Positions 56,113 to 64,000 of a stretch of 64,000 nucleotides of DNA are shown here, piece by piece. The notes beneath the pieces were generated by a model that saw only the letters and a program-made list of their open reading frames with translations, did not search any database and had not been told where the DNA came from. The stretch comes from Candidatus Aquilonibacter sp. Its GTDB lineage: Bacteria > Vulcanimicrobiota > Vulcanimicrobiia > Vulcanimicrobiales > Vulcanimicrobiaceae. Location of the stretch: NCBI GenBank assembly GCA_050015295.1, contig JBEKBR010000015.1, forward strand, positions 2,262 to 66,261, given 5' to 3'. A program made the translations under genes and the position numbers. Numbering within the stretch: position 1 is the first letter of the stretch; each line of letters begins with the position of its first letter.

Positions 56113-56973
56113 TTAGAACGGGACGCCGTCGGCGGCGGGTGCACGAACTCTGCCGGTGACGCCGGCGAGCGCAACGAGTGCGGCAATGTACGGGAGCGCC
56201 TGCATAGCGTTGGCGGGCAGCCACGCAATTTGGCCTTGTAGAACGTATTGTAAAGCTTCGAAGAATCCGAACACGACGCAGGCAACAGTCGCACCAAGCG
56301 GATGCCAGCGGCCGAAGATTACCGCGGCCAGCGCGATGAATCCGCGACCGGCGGTCATGCCGTCGGAATAGAGATTGAGCTCGCCGATCGAAAGGAACGC
56401 GCCGCCGAGACCCGCGAGCGCACCACTGATGATCACCGCGTAGGTGCGTAAACGCAGCGGATCGAGCCCGGCCGAGACGACCGCGCTCGGATTTTCGCCC
56501 GACGCCCGGATCCGTAGTCCCCACGGCGTGCGGTACAGTATCCATTGCAGCAGCACAGCGAGTACAAAGGCGAGCACGACGAGCACCCAATACTTGTCGC
56601 CGAGGCTCGCGACTTGCACGCTCGCGCCCGGTTGGTTGAAGAGTAGCACGAGCCCATAAGCGGCTCCGCCTGCGCAAATCAGGTTGATGCCGGTGCCGGC
56701 GACGATCTGATCGACTTTGAAGCGCGTTGCCGCAAACGCCAGCAGGTAGCCAAAGAGCGCGCCCGCGCCGATCCCGCCGATGAGGCCGAGCACCGGATTG
56801 TGGGTCGCGAACGAAGCAATGACCGCGGTGAACGCGCCCGCCGCCATCATGCCTTCGAGGCCGATGTTGATAATGCCGGAGCGTTCCGAGATCACCCCGC
56901 CGAGCGCGGCGTAAATGATCGGTGTCGCTTTGACGAGCGTCAACGCGACCAGTGTGACGATCAGTTCGGTCAT
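56113..56973 (-). CDS. ABC transporter permease (BMP/nucleoside-type system)
   Basis: 286 aa, polytopic. The start motif LVKATPIIYAALGGVISERSGIINIGLEGMM is typical of this permease family. Confidence 0.85.
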   Translation of the reverse strand: MTELIVTLVALTLVKATPIIYAALGGVISERSGIINIGLEGMMAAGAFTAVIASFATHNPVLGLIGGIGAGALFGYLLAFAATRFKVDQIVAGTGINLICAGGAAYGLVLLFNQPGASVQVASLGDKYWVLVVLAFVLAVLLQWILYRTPWGLRIRASGENPSAVVSAGLDPLRLRTYAVIISGALAGLGGAFLSIGELNLYSDGMTAGRGFIALAAVIFGRWHPLGATVACVVFGFFEALQYVLQGQIAWLPANAMQALPYIAALVALAGVTGRVRAPAADGVPF

Positions 56974-57995
56974 GGGAGCGTCCCTTCGACACGCGTCGCG
57001 ACGTAACGACGCGCCGCCAGCACGAAGATGATCAAGCCTTCGATAACGTGGATGGCATCTTTAGGGACCTGCGCGCTTGCCTGCATCGCAAGACCACCTG
57101 ACTCGAGAATGCCGAACCCGAATGCAGCAAGACAAATCCACAGCGGCTGCAAATCGCCGACCAATGCCACCGCGATCGCGGTAAAACCATAGCCCGGCGA
57201 AAGCTGCGTATTGAAGCGATGCAACTCGCCTGAGACGATGGTTGCGCCGCCGACACCAGCGATCGCGCCGGAGAGCGTGAGCGCAAGCCAGGTCAATCGA
57301 CCCAGGTTGATGCCGCTTCGCCGTGCTGCTTCGGGCGCTTCGCCGCTCGCGCGGAGATCGTAGCCGAAGACGGTGCGTGCGAATACCCATTGTAAGAGTA
57401 CCGCCAGCGCCAACGCAAAGAGCAACGCAATCGAAAGCCGCGTGCCGGGTAGGAGCGGGGGCAGCCAATACTTCGGATCGAGCCACGCGGTCTCGGCGCC
57501 TGCGGCGAGTGGTCCTTTGAGTGGACCGCTCACGAGCTCGAGTGCAAAGGCGGAGGCAACGAAGTTCAGCATCAACGTCGCGATGATTTCGTTCGCGCCG
57601 AAGCGCGCTTTCATCCAGCCGGCAATCGCACCCCACGCACCGCCGCCGAGTGCACCGGCGACGAGCATGAACAGGATGCCGAGCGGTCCCGGTACGGTGA
57701 GCACGGCACCGAGCGCGCCCGCGCACAATGCGCCGATTAGCAGTTGTCCCTCCGCGCCGATGTTGAACAACCCAGCACGAAAAGCGAGACAGATGCCAAG
57801 CGCCGGAAAGAGCAGCGCCGTGGTCGCTACCAGTGTTTCACCGAGCTCGTTACGGCCGCCGAGCGCGCCCACGAAGAGCGCGGTAAACCCATCAACCGGA
57901 CTCGTGCCGGCAACAATCATGGCGAGCGACATCAGCACGACGATCAGAAGGATCGCACCCAGCGGGCCCGCGAGCGGTCGGAGATAGCGGTTCAT
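56970..57995 (-). CDS. ABC transporter permease (BMP/nucleoside-type system)
   Basis: 341 aa with ALGICLAFRAGLFNIGAEGQL. ATGA overlaps on both sides. Confidence 0.85.
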   Translation of the reverse strand: MNRYLRPLAGPLGAILLIVVLMSLAMIVAGTSPVDGFTALFVGALGGRNELGETLVATTALLFPALGICLAFRAGLFNIGAEGQLLIGALCAGALGAVLTVPGPLGILFMLVAGALGGGAWGAIAGWMKARFGANEIIATLMLNFVASAFALELVSGPLKGPLAAGAETAWLDPKYWLPPLLPGTRLSIALLFALALAVLLQWVFARTVFGYDLRASGEAPEAARRSGINLGRLTWLALTLSGAIAGVGGATIVSGELHRFNTQLSPGYGFTAIAVALVGDLQPLWICLAAFGFGILESGGLAMQASAQVPKDAIHVIEGLIIFVLAARRYVATRVEGTLP

Positions 57996-59401
57996 GCTGA
58001 ACCGGCCATCAAACGCCCAATCGCCGCGCGATCGAAGGCGCTGCGATCGAAGCTACCGAGGACGGCGCCGCGGTACATCACGATCACGTGATCCGCAAGC
58101 GTCAAAATCTCGTCGAGCTCAAAGGAAATCAACAAGATCGCCGCGCCGCGATTGCGCGCTTCCATCAATCGCGATTGCACCAGCGCCGCAGCACCGACGT
58201 CGACGCCTCGCGTGGGGTTATAGGCGAGCACGAACTCGGGCGTGTCGATCAGTGCGCGCCCGACCACGAGCTTCTGCTGATTGCCGCCCGAGAGTGTGCG
58301 CACGGCGACGTCGAGGTTAGCGGCGCGAACGTCGAAGCGCTCGCGAATGCTCTCGGTTTCGGCACGCGCGCGCACGCGGTCGAGTTCGAGCCCGCGGCGC
58401 GCCGCTTTGCGGTGTTGGCGACCGAGCAGCGTGTTCTCGACCAGCGACCAATCCATGACCAACGCTTCGCGCTGGCGGTCCTGCGGAATGATGCCCATCG
58501 CCCCGCGGCGTTCGATGATTCCGGTGTAGTCGATCAACCCGGCGAGCGCATCGGCCAGCGTCGATTGGCCGTTGCCTTCGACACCGGCGATGCCGACGAT
58601 CTCGCCGCCATGCACGTCGAGGAAGAAATCGTTGAGCTGCGTTGCTCCGCTGCCGGCGCACAGATCCTTGACGTGCAGACACGGCGTCGAGTCCGTCTGT
58701 GCTCGCGCAGCGACCGGCGGCACCTCGCCGCCGACCATCGCGCGCGCGATCGCAGCGATGCTCGTCGCGCTCGTCAGCGTGCGCTCCACCACCTTACCGT
58801 GCCGCATGACCGTGACGCGCGTCGCGTAAGCGATCACTTCTTGCAACTTGTGCGTCACGATCATGATCGCCGTGCCACGCGCCGCGAGCTGCACGACCGT
58901 GGCAAAGAAGCTTTCGATTTCAGCTGGTGCAAGCGCCGCGGTCGGCTCGTCGAGCAAAAGCACCGCCGGATCGCGATCGAGTTCGCGCAGCAGCTCGACG
59001 CGCTGCTGCACGCCGATCGGCAGCGTTTCGACAAATGCGTTGGGATCGATCTCCAGGCCGTTGCGCTCGGCCACCGCGACCACGCGTGCACGCGCGGTGG
59101 CTTCGTCGATGCGCCAACCGCGATGCGGCTCGCGCCCGAGCAAAACGTTCTGCCAGACGCGCAACCGACCGATCAGCTCGAAGTGCTGATGAACGAGCCC
59201 GACGGTGCCGTGTGCGGTTACGCTGCCTTCGTCGGGCCGCAGTTCGCCGAAGGCAATCGCCGAGAGCGTCGATTTGCCGGCACCGTTCTCGCCAACGAGC
59301 GCGTGAATCTCACCGGGATAGAGGTCGAGGTCGACCCCGTCGACCGCGACGACGCCGGGGAAGGCTTTGCGGATGCCGCGCAGCGTCAGTGCGGCGTCCA
59401 T
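57992..59401 (-). CDS. ABC transporter ATP-binding protein, duplicated ATPase domains
   Basis: Walker A GENGAGKST, LLLDEPTAAL, and a second domain with LSGGNQQK. Confidence 0.9.
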   Translation of the reverse strand: MDAALTLRGIRKAFPGVVAVDGVDLDLYPGEIHALVGENGAGKSTLSAIAFGELRPDEGSVTAHGTVGLVHQHFELIGRLRVWQNVLLGREPHRGWRIDEATARARVVAVAERNGLEIDPNAFVETLPIGVQQRVELLRELDRDPAVLLLDEPTAALAPAEIESFFATVVQLAARGTAIMIVTHKLQEVIAYATRVTVMRHGKVVERTLTSATSIAAIARAMVGGEVPPVAARAQTDSTPCLHVKDLCAGSGATQLNDFFLDVHGGEIVGIAGVEGNGQSTLADALAGLIDYTGIIERRGAMGIIPQDRQREALVMDWSLVENTLLGRQHRKAARRGLELDRVRARAETESIRERFDVRAANLDVAVRTLSGGNQQKLVVGRALIDTPEFVLAYNPTRGVDVGAAALVQSRLMEARNRGAAILLISFELDEILTLADHVIVMYRGAVLGSFDRSAFDRAAIGRLMAGSA

Positions 59402-60423
59402 CAGAGCGCCACCGGTTTGAAGGCTGCCAGCGCGTCGCGCGTATCGGGCGGAGTGATTTTCCCATCGACGATCGCCGCTTCAATGCTGTTCAGTCGCGCA
59501 AGATTCGCCGGCCCGATCGCCGTCTTCGTGTACGCGAAATCGGTCAAGCCGATCGCGCCGTCTTTCAATCCGAATATGACGTGGCCGTGCATCGGATGAC
59601 CGTCATGCAGCGCTTTGGCGACGTCGAAGACGGCGACGTCGACTTTCTTCACCATCGAGGTGAGAACTTTTCCGGGAACGAGGCCGTCCTGATTGGAGTC
59701 GACGCCGATCATGTAGCAACCCGCGCGCGGCTTCACTGCGTCGGCGGTGCCAAGACCGGCCTTGCCGGCCGCGGCATAGATGATGTCGGCGCCACCGTCG
59801 TAGAGCAAGTTGGAAAGTTCTTGTCCGGCAGCGACGTCGTCGAAGCTGCCCGCGTACTTCACGTCGACACGAATCGACGGATCGACCTCGCGCGCACCAG
59901 CGATGTAGCCGGCTTCGAACTTGCGAATGAGCGGAATATCGAGACCGCCGAGAAACGCGATGTGATGCGTCCTGCTGACCATCGCAGCGAGCGCACCCGC
60001 CAAAAACGACCCATCCTGTTCGCGAAAGGTGATCGAGACCACGTTCGGGTCGTCGACGACCGCGTCGATGATGGCGTACGCCTGTTTCGGATTTTGCTTC
60101 GCGACGGAATCGAGATCGAGCCCCATGAGAAACCCGATCGCGTACACCATGCCAAAGTGAAGGTTCGTGAGCGCAATCAGGTTTGGTTGGTAGTCGGCGG
60201 CGGAGCGCGACTGCAAAACCTGAATGTAGGCGCCGAGCTCGGATTTCGCGCGCAGCATGCCGCGATACGCGGAGTCGTTGAACGAGCGATCGCCAAGTCC
60301 GCCGACGTCGGTCACCATGCCGAGCGCGGTTTGCCCCGGTGCCGGTCCGCGATGTTGAGCGCACCCGGCGCACGCAAACGCGCAGACCGCTGCTAGGAGT
60401 GCCGCGACGCCCCACTGCTTCAT
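59401..60423 (-). CDS. BMP-family (PnrA-like) ABC substrate-binding lipoprotein
   Basis: Lipobox AFACAGCA, and GMVTDVGGLGDRSFNDSAYRGM is typical of the BMP family. The stop overlaps the ATPase ATG. Confidence 0.85.
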   Translation of the reverse strand: MKQWGVAALLAAVCAFACAGCAQHRGPAPGQTALGMVTDVGGLGDRSFNDSAYRGMLRAKSELGAYIQVLQSRSAADYQPNLIALTNLHFGMVYAIGFLMGLDLDSVAKQNPKQAYAIIDAVVDDPNVVSITFREQDGSFLAGALAAMVSRTHHIAFLGGLDIPLIRKFEAGYIAGAREVDPSIRVDVKYAGSFDDVAAGQELSNLLYDGGADIIYAAAGKAGLGTADAVKPRAGCYMIGVDSNQDGLVPGKVLTSMVKKVDVAVFDVAKALHDGHPMHGHVIFGLKDGAIGLTDFAYTKTAIGPANLARLNSIEAAIVDGKITPPDTRDALAAFKPVAL

Positions 60424-60425
60424 CG

Positions 60426-60446
60426 CCCCGAGTGTACGACTCGGGG
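60426..60446. promoter_or_regulatory. Palindrome CCCCGAGT-GTACG-ACTCGGGG at the 5' end of the BMP operon
   Basis: 8-bp arms ending 3 nt upstream of the SBP ATG. On the minus-strand RNA the 3' arm contains the only G-rich SD-like element. Confidence 0.3.
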
Positions 60447-60478
60447 AGGCCGATGCCTTCGTACCGAAGCGGTCGCGC

Positions 60479-60943
60479 ATGCAGCTTCGCGATTTGCGGC
60501 GTCACCCTCCCCGTCGCTGGAACGAGCAGCTCGACGGCGTTGTGTGGCTTCCGCGCTTGATCGACAAGGCGCGTGCGGCGCTCAATGGCACGCTGGGTAC
60601 CTACCTTTACGGTCAGTCGCCGGTCGATCGCGACTTTTTGCACACGCTCGGCGTCGGCCATCGTGAGTTTGCACAAATTGTCGCAAATGTGCCCGATGAC
60701 CGCGGCGTGATCGACGCGCTGCTCGCGCGCGATCCGGAAAGTATCGCTCGTGCCCGAGCGTGGACGCTGCAGTGTCCACATACCTACGGCGCGTTTATGC
60801 GACTGCTCGACATCGACGACGGTTACGCAAGAGGCTTGGGCTTTATGAAGCCATTTTCCAATGGGCTGTCCAGCATCGTCACCTGGTTCGCGCGACGCGC
60901 GTTTCCGAAAAGACCGACTGAGGGAATTACACCGAAATGGTAA
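60479..60943 (+). CDS. DUF5069-like protein (paralog 2)
   Basis: MQLRDLRRHPPRRWNEQLDGVVWLPRLIDKARAALNGTLGTYLYG parallels the ORF at 12454. 7-nt overlap with the arginase gene. Confidence 0.65.
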   Translation: MQLRDLRRHPPRRWNEQLDGVVWLPRLIDKARAALNGTLGTYLYGQSPVDRDFLHTLGVGHREFAQIVANVPDDRGVIDALLARDPESIARARAWTLQCPHTYGAFMRLLDIDDGYARGLGFMKPFSNGLSSIVTWFARRAFPKRPTEGITPKW

Positions 60944-61824
60944 CCAGCACGAGCCATAGCCGCACCGCGCGCGTCGACGTCATCGGCGTCCCGATGGATT
61001 TGGGCGCCAGCCGTCGCGGGGTCGATATGGGACCGTCTGCAATGCGCTACGCGCAGCTTTACGATCGTTTGCGCGAACTCGGTATCGCCGAGGTGCTCGA
61101 TCACGGCAATCTTCCGGTGCCGATCCGTGAAGGGCTCGAAACCAATGATGCATCGGCAAAATACATCGAGGTGATCGAGCGCGTGTGCGCAGATCTGGCG
61201 CAATTCGTCGAGGAGAGCGTGCACAGCGGTGGCCTGCCGATCGTGCTCGGCGGCGATCACTCGATTGCAATGGGCACGCTCGAGGGATTGACCCGCGCGC
61301 GGAGTGCGCCACCGGGTTTGGTTTGGATTGATGCCCACTCGGACATCAATAGTCCGCAGAGTTCGCCGAGCGGGAACGTTCATGGCATGCCGTTGTGGTT
61401 CGCACTTCGCAACGGTTTCGCGAAGCCGGAGACCACCGTGCAAATCGGCTTGCGCGACGTCGACGAAATCGAGAAGAAGCAATTACGTGAATCCGGCGTG
61501 CGCGCGTTTTCGATGACGGACGTCGATAAGTTGGGCATGACACGCGTCATGGAAGAGGCGCTCACCATCGTGGGCGGCCGTCCGATTCACGTGTCATTCG
61601 ATATGGACGGCATCGACCCGAGCGAAGCGCCTGGCACCGGCACGCCGGTAAAGGGCGGCCTGAGTTTTCGCGAGGCGCACCTCGCGATGGAGATGTTGTA
61701 CGAATCAGGACACCTGCTCTCGATTGAAATGGTGGAAATCAATCCGATTCTCGATACGCGCAACCAAACCGCGGCACTTGCCGTCGGGCTGATCTGCTCG
61801 GCGCTGGGCAAATCGATCCTTTAG
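60937..61824 (+). CDS. rocF: Arginase
   Basis: VIGVPMDLGASRRGVDMGPSAMRY, GGDHSIAMGT, DAHSDIN, SPSGNVHGMPL, SFDMDGIDPSEAPGTGTP and VEINPILD. The match to Bacillus RocF runs the full length. Confidence 0.92.
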   Translation: MVTSTSHSRTARVDVIGVPMDLGASRRGVDMGPSAMRYAQLYDRLRELGIAEVLDHGNLPVPIREGLETNDASAKYIEVIERVCADLAQFVEESVHSGGLPIVLGGDHSIAMGTLEGLTRARSAPPGLVWIDAHSDINSPQSSPSGNVHGMPLWFALRNGFAKPETTVQIGLRDVDEIEKKQLRESGVRAFSMTDVDKLGMTRVMEEALTIVGGRPIHVSFDMDGIDPSEAPGTGTPVKGGLSFREAHLAMEMLYESGHLLSIEMVEINPILDTRNQTAALAVGLICSALGKSIL

Positions 61825-61835
61825 CGACGACGCCG

Positions 61836-62366
61836 TTGCACGTGCTCTCGCTGACCGAGCCGAGCCGGCGCAGCAGCATGCGCGTCGTCGCTGATTCGAT
61901 TGCCTCGCACCGAACCGCGATTTTCTGCGTGCACGGGATCGAGGAGGGCGACGCGCTCGCGCTCGCGACGCGGTTCGATTGCGGCTATGCGTACCGCGGG
62001 CGTCAAGCGTTGTTTTGGAATGCGCGCTATGTCGCGCGGGAAGTGCTCGATCGTTACCTGCCGAATTCGCCGCTGCGTCCGTTCGATCGGCGCGGGCTCT
62101 TACAGGTCGAAGGCAGCCTTGACGGCGCGGGACTCGCGTTGATTGCAACGCAGTTCGCGGCGGAGCGCGCGATACGCGTGCGCGAAGTGCGCTTTGCACG
62201 ATCAGTGCTACGCGCGACGGGCCGCACAGCGTTGCTGTTCGTGACAGGCGTTGTCTCAGGCGCGATCAGCTTTGCTGATTTGGGATTCACGACGATCGCG
62301 AGTGGTGCCGGCTCGATGATCGCCGCGCGCGACCTGCGAACGGAAGGCGCCGTCGTTACAGCGTGA
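61836..62366 (+). CDS. Hypothetical protein
   Basis: 176-aa ORF with a TTG start (alternative ATG at 61878). Codon bias is plausible and there is no confident family. The layout is faintly EEP-like but lacks the catalytic residues. Confidence 0.4.
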   Translation: MHVLSLTEPSRRSSMRVVADSIASHRTAIFCVHGIEEGDALALATRFDCGYAYRGRQALFWNARYVAREVLDRYLPNSPLRPFDRRGLLQVEGSLDGAGLALIATQFAAERAIRVREVRFARSVLRATGRTALLFVTGVVSGAISFADLGFTTIASGAGSMIAARDLRTEGAVVTA

Positions 62367-63042
62367 TCGTCGCCTGACCTTCGCAGGTCATACCGCCACC
62401 GCACACCGCGGGATCCCACGACGCCGCCGCGAGCAAGGCTTGGATCTGTTGCTCGACGCTTGGATCGAGCGGCGGCGCAAATGCGACGCGCTTCGTATGT
62501 CCGTTCCCGTCGACCGTGATCGTTAGCGTTACGTGCACGCCGAGCGCAAGGAGCGCTCTGCGCACTGCCGGGTCGAGGACCGGCGTGTCATTCACGCCGA
62601 GCGGTTCATAGCCCCCGACGGGCTGCCGGCTGGTTTCGTCGGGAGCATTTTGTGGCGCCGCGCTCGCCGAAACGGCTGCAGTTGACGGCTGCGCGGTGAC
62701 GCTGCCACCGCGGGCAGCCGAGGCGACGATCGGCGCACCGGCCTGCTGTTGCGACGGTCGCGTCGTGCGTTGACTGAGCGGACGACGCGCGGGCGCCGGC
62801 GCGCTCGCGGCGGAAGGCACGGCTACGGCGGCGCGCACCGGTGCGGCGGCGCGACGTTCGGGTCGCGGGAGCGGCGTGGCAATCCGTACGGTCTGGATGC
62901 GCACGAACGAGAGCAGCTCGACGTTCTGTGCGCTCTCGAGGTTCGCAAACGGCGGAATGAGGGCGAGCAGCACGAGGTGCAGCGCGAGCGATGCCAGCAG
63001 CGCCCGATAAAGCAAGCGATTGTGTGAGACGGCGTGGCCCAT
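62356..63042 (-). CDS. TonB-like membrane-anchored protein (TM, Ala/Pro-rich linker, C-terminal beta domain)
   Basis: N-terminal anchor LLYRALLASLALHLVLLALIPPF, a Pro/Ala/Ser-rich linker, and a C-terminus VTLTITVDGNGHTKRVAFAPPLDPSVEQQIQALL resembling a TonB_C fold. Confidence 0.55.
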   Translation of the reverse strand: MGHAVSHNRLLYRALLASLALHLVLLALIPPFANLESAQNVELLSFVRIQTVRIATPLPRPERRAAAPVRAAVAVPSAASAPAPARRPLSQRTTRPSQQQAGAPIVASAARGGSVTAQPSTAAVSASAAPQNAPDETSRQPVGGYEPLGVNDTPVLDPAVRRALLALGVHVTLTITVDGNGHTKRVAFAPPLDPSVEQQIQALLAAASWDPAVCGGGMTCEGQATITL

Positions 63043-63139
63043 GCTTACCTTTAAGGAGGTCTCTTCGCTGATCGAACGGTCCGGACCGCCCGCGCGTGAC
63101 GGGAGGGGGCATCTGGCGCACCGGGCAAGCTTGGACGGC

Positions 63140-63391
63140 ATGATCGACACGAATATCGTCCTCTATCAGGCGGAGTGGTGTCCGTACTGCGCCCGGGTTC
63201 GTTCGAAGCTCACCGACATGCTGTTGGACTATAAGAACGTCAACGTGCCGCATGCGCACTCCGAGCGCACCAACCTGAAAGAACTTTTCGGCGTGACCGG
63301 CATCCCGTCGATGACGGATGGCGCCGTGAAGATCGCCGATGACGACGATGCGATCATCGCCTATCTCGAAAAGACCTATGGCAAGCGGTAA
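63140..63391 (+). CDS. Glutaredoxin-like protein
   Basis: IVLYQAEWCPYCARVRSKL (CPYC) and ...GVTGIPSM... (cis-Pro region). 83 aa. Confidence 0.8.
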   Translation: MIDTNIVLYQAEWCPYCARVRSKLTDMLLDYKNVNVPHAHSERTNLKELFGVTGIPSMTDGAVKIADDDDAIIAYLEKTYGKR

Positions 63392-64000
63392 TCCGGCTGA
63401 AGGCCGCTACCCGGTCGCAGTTGCGTCGATCGCGTTACTCATCGCCGGCGTGTTCATGCCAACACCGTTGTACCAGTTGTATCATCGCGAGTGGGGCTTG
63501 ACGCCCTCGCAGATCAGCGTCGTCTTTGCGATATACGCTGCGTCGCTGATTCCTTCGCTGCTGTTCTTGGGCGGAATCTCGGATGGAATTGGCCGGCGCA
63601 AGACGCTTCTGATCGCTATCGTGATCGCGGCGTTGGGATCGCTTGCCTTCGCGTTCGCCTCGGGTCTATGGTGGTTGATCGTCGCACGCGCATTTCAAGG
63701 CGTCGCGCTCGGCATCGGCCTTCCAACCGCGGTGGCCGCGGTTCGCGAATGGATGAACGATGAGATGCGCCCGCGCGCCGGGACCCTTGCGATCGTCGGC
63801 ACGAGCGTCGGTTCGGCGTTTGGTGCACTGATCGCCGGCGTTTTAGCCGAATACGCGCCACTCCCTAACACGCTCGCGTTTCTCGTCTACATCGTGTTGC
63901 TCGCGGGACTTGCCGTTGCCGTGGCAAGCGTGCCCTCGTGCCCACACCTTGGGCCGGCGTCGCATCGGGAGTTTCCGACGATCCCGCGCGCGATTCGGCG
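63378..64000 (+). CDS. MFS transporter, N-terminal part (3' end outside window)
   Basis: The frame is open from the ATG at 63378 to the window edge. GGISDGIGRRKTLLIA (MFS motif A) and multiple TM spans. Confidence 0.75.
   Translation, partial: MASGNPAEGRYPVAVASIALLIAGVFMPTPLYQLYHREWGLTPSQISVVFAIYAASLIPSLLFLGGISDGIGRRKTLLIAIVIAALGSLAFAFASGLWWLIVARAFQGVALGIGLPTAVAAVREWMNDEMRPRAGTLAIVGTSVGSAFGALIAGVLAEYAPLPNTLAFLVYIVLLAGLAVAVASVPSCPHLGPASHREFPTIPRAIR

Noticed and set aside
60453-60560. 35-codon ORF starting just after GGGGAGG in the BMP/DUF5069 divergent region.
   Set aside because: The SD-ATG spacing is only about 3 nt, it overlaps the DUF5069 start in another frame, and the product is Cys/Ser/Gly-rich with no conservation cue.
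58088-60781. Long ORFs 58088..59599 (+), 58927..60396 (+) and 59603..60781 (-) overlapping the BMP ABC operon.
   Set aside because: They are antisense or out of frame to genes with clear Walker and BMP motifs. Their products are Arg-rich with no domain pattern.
63041-63139. Longer glutaredoxin start (MLTFKEV..., ATG at 63041).
   Set aside because: It would overlap the divergent TonB-like start. Glutaredoxin homology begins at MIDTNIVLYQAEWCPYC (63140).
1-64000. Searched for CRISPR arrays, tRNA/rRNA genes, IS elements, integrases, prophage or classic defence genes (RM, Abi, TA pairs).
   Set aside because: No spaced direct-repeat array is visible, and only one non-coding gap is long enough for an RNA gene (5942-6206), with no cloverleaf visible in it. 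No transposase, integrase or recombinase-like translation appears in any frame of the track. By-eye repeat detection is limited.

Overview
This is 64 kb of a visibly GC-rich bacterial chromosome (G/C dominates third codon positions). The phylum cannot be fixed from this window alone. I call about 60 CDS. They are packed very tightly, with many 1-, 4- and 8-nt start/stop overlaps, several convergent gene pairs that abut or overlap, and only a few convincing intrinsic terminators. I found no rRNA, tRNA, CRISPR array, transposase, integrase or phage genes.

Recognisable modules, in order:
- Lipid-kinase fragment, aldo/keto reductase, CadC-like TPR regulator, AhpD-like protein, M48-like/RDD protein, PAS-GGDEF cyclase.
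- YtrA-type GntR regulator with an ABC exporter.
- UbiD/UbiA (menaquinone-type) pair with an orphan LivK-like binding protein.
- VOC/SDR/DUF1311 operon.
- TetR plus DHA2 MFS pump, then a big beta-propeller lipoprotein.
- pnp, ggt, two tandem GGDEF-EAL proteins, a squeezed-in HNH endonuclease, split transketolase, a PAS-GAF-PP2C-HATPase protein, rpsO.
- Thioesterase, SDR, Rieske, HTH and DJ-1 cluster.
- PolX, an alpha/beta hydrolase, a hybrid histidine kinase.
- A formate module: OFA transporter, selenocysteine FdhA, FdhB, NrfD-type subunit, FdhD.
- ChrA, a YVTN-phosphoesterase, ilvE, a class-A beta-lactamase-like protein.
- BMP-family ABC importer, arginase, a TonB-like protein, glutaredoxin, and a partial MFS gene.

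Most noteworthy observations:
- An in-frame UGA with an fdhF-like SECIS hairpin joins two track ORFs into one selenoprotein FdhA.
- That FDH has no visible Tat signal and uses an NrfD-type membrane subunit.
- The two tandem GGDEF-EAL genes have reciprocally degenerate catalytic motifs.
- The HNH gene must overlap both of its neighbours.
- rpsO and pnp are split by a 10.7-kb opposite-strand block.
- Three AT-rich operator-like palindromes sit next to GntR/TetR regulators.
- Several enzyme homologues appear catalytically dead: an ABC ATPase, the M48 HExxH site, the DJ-1 nucleophile and a receiver Asp.

I did not find a convincing, wholly new multi-gene system. The items above are candidates for follow-up, not demonstrated novelties.
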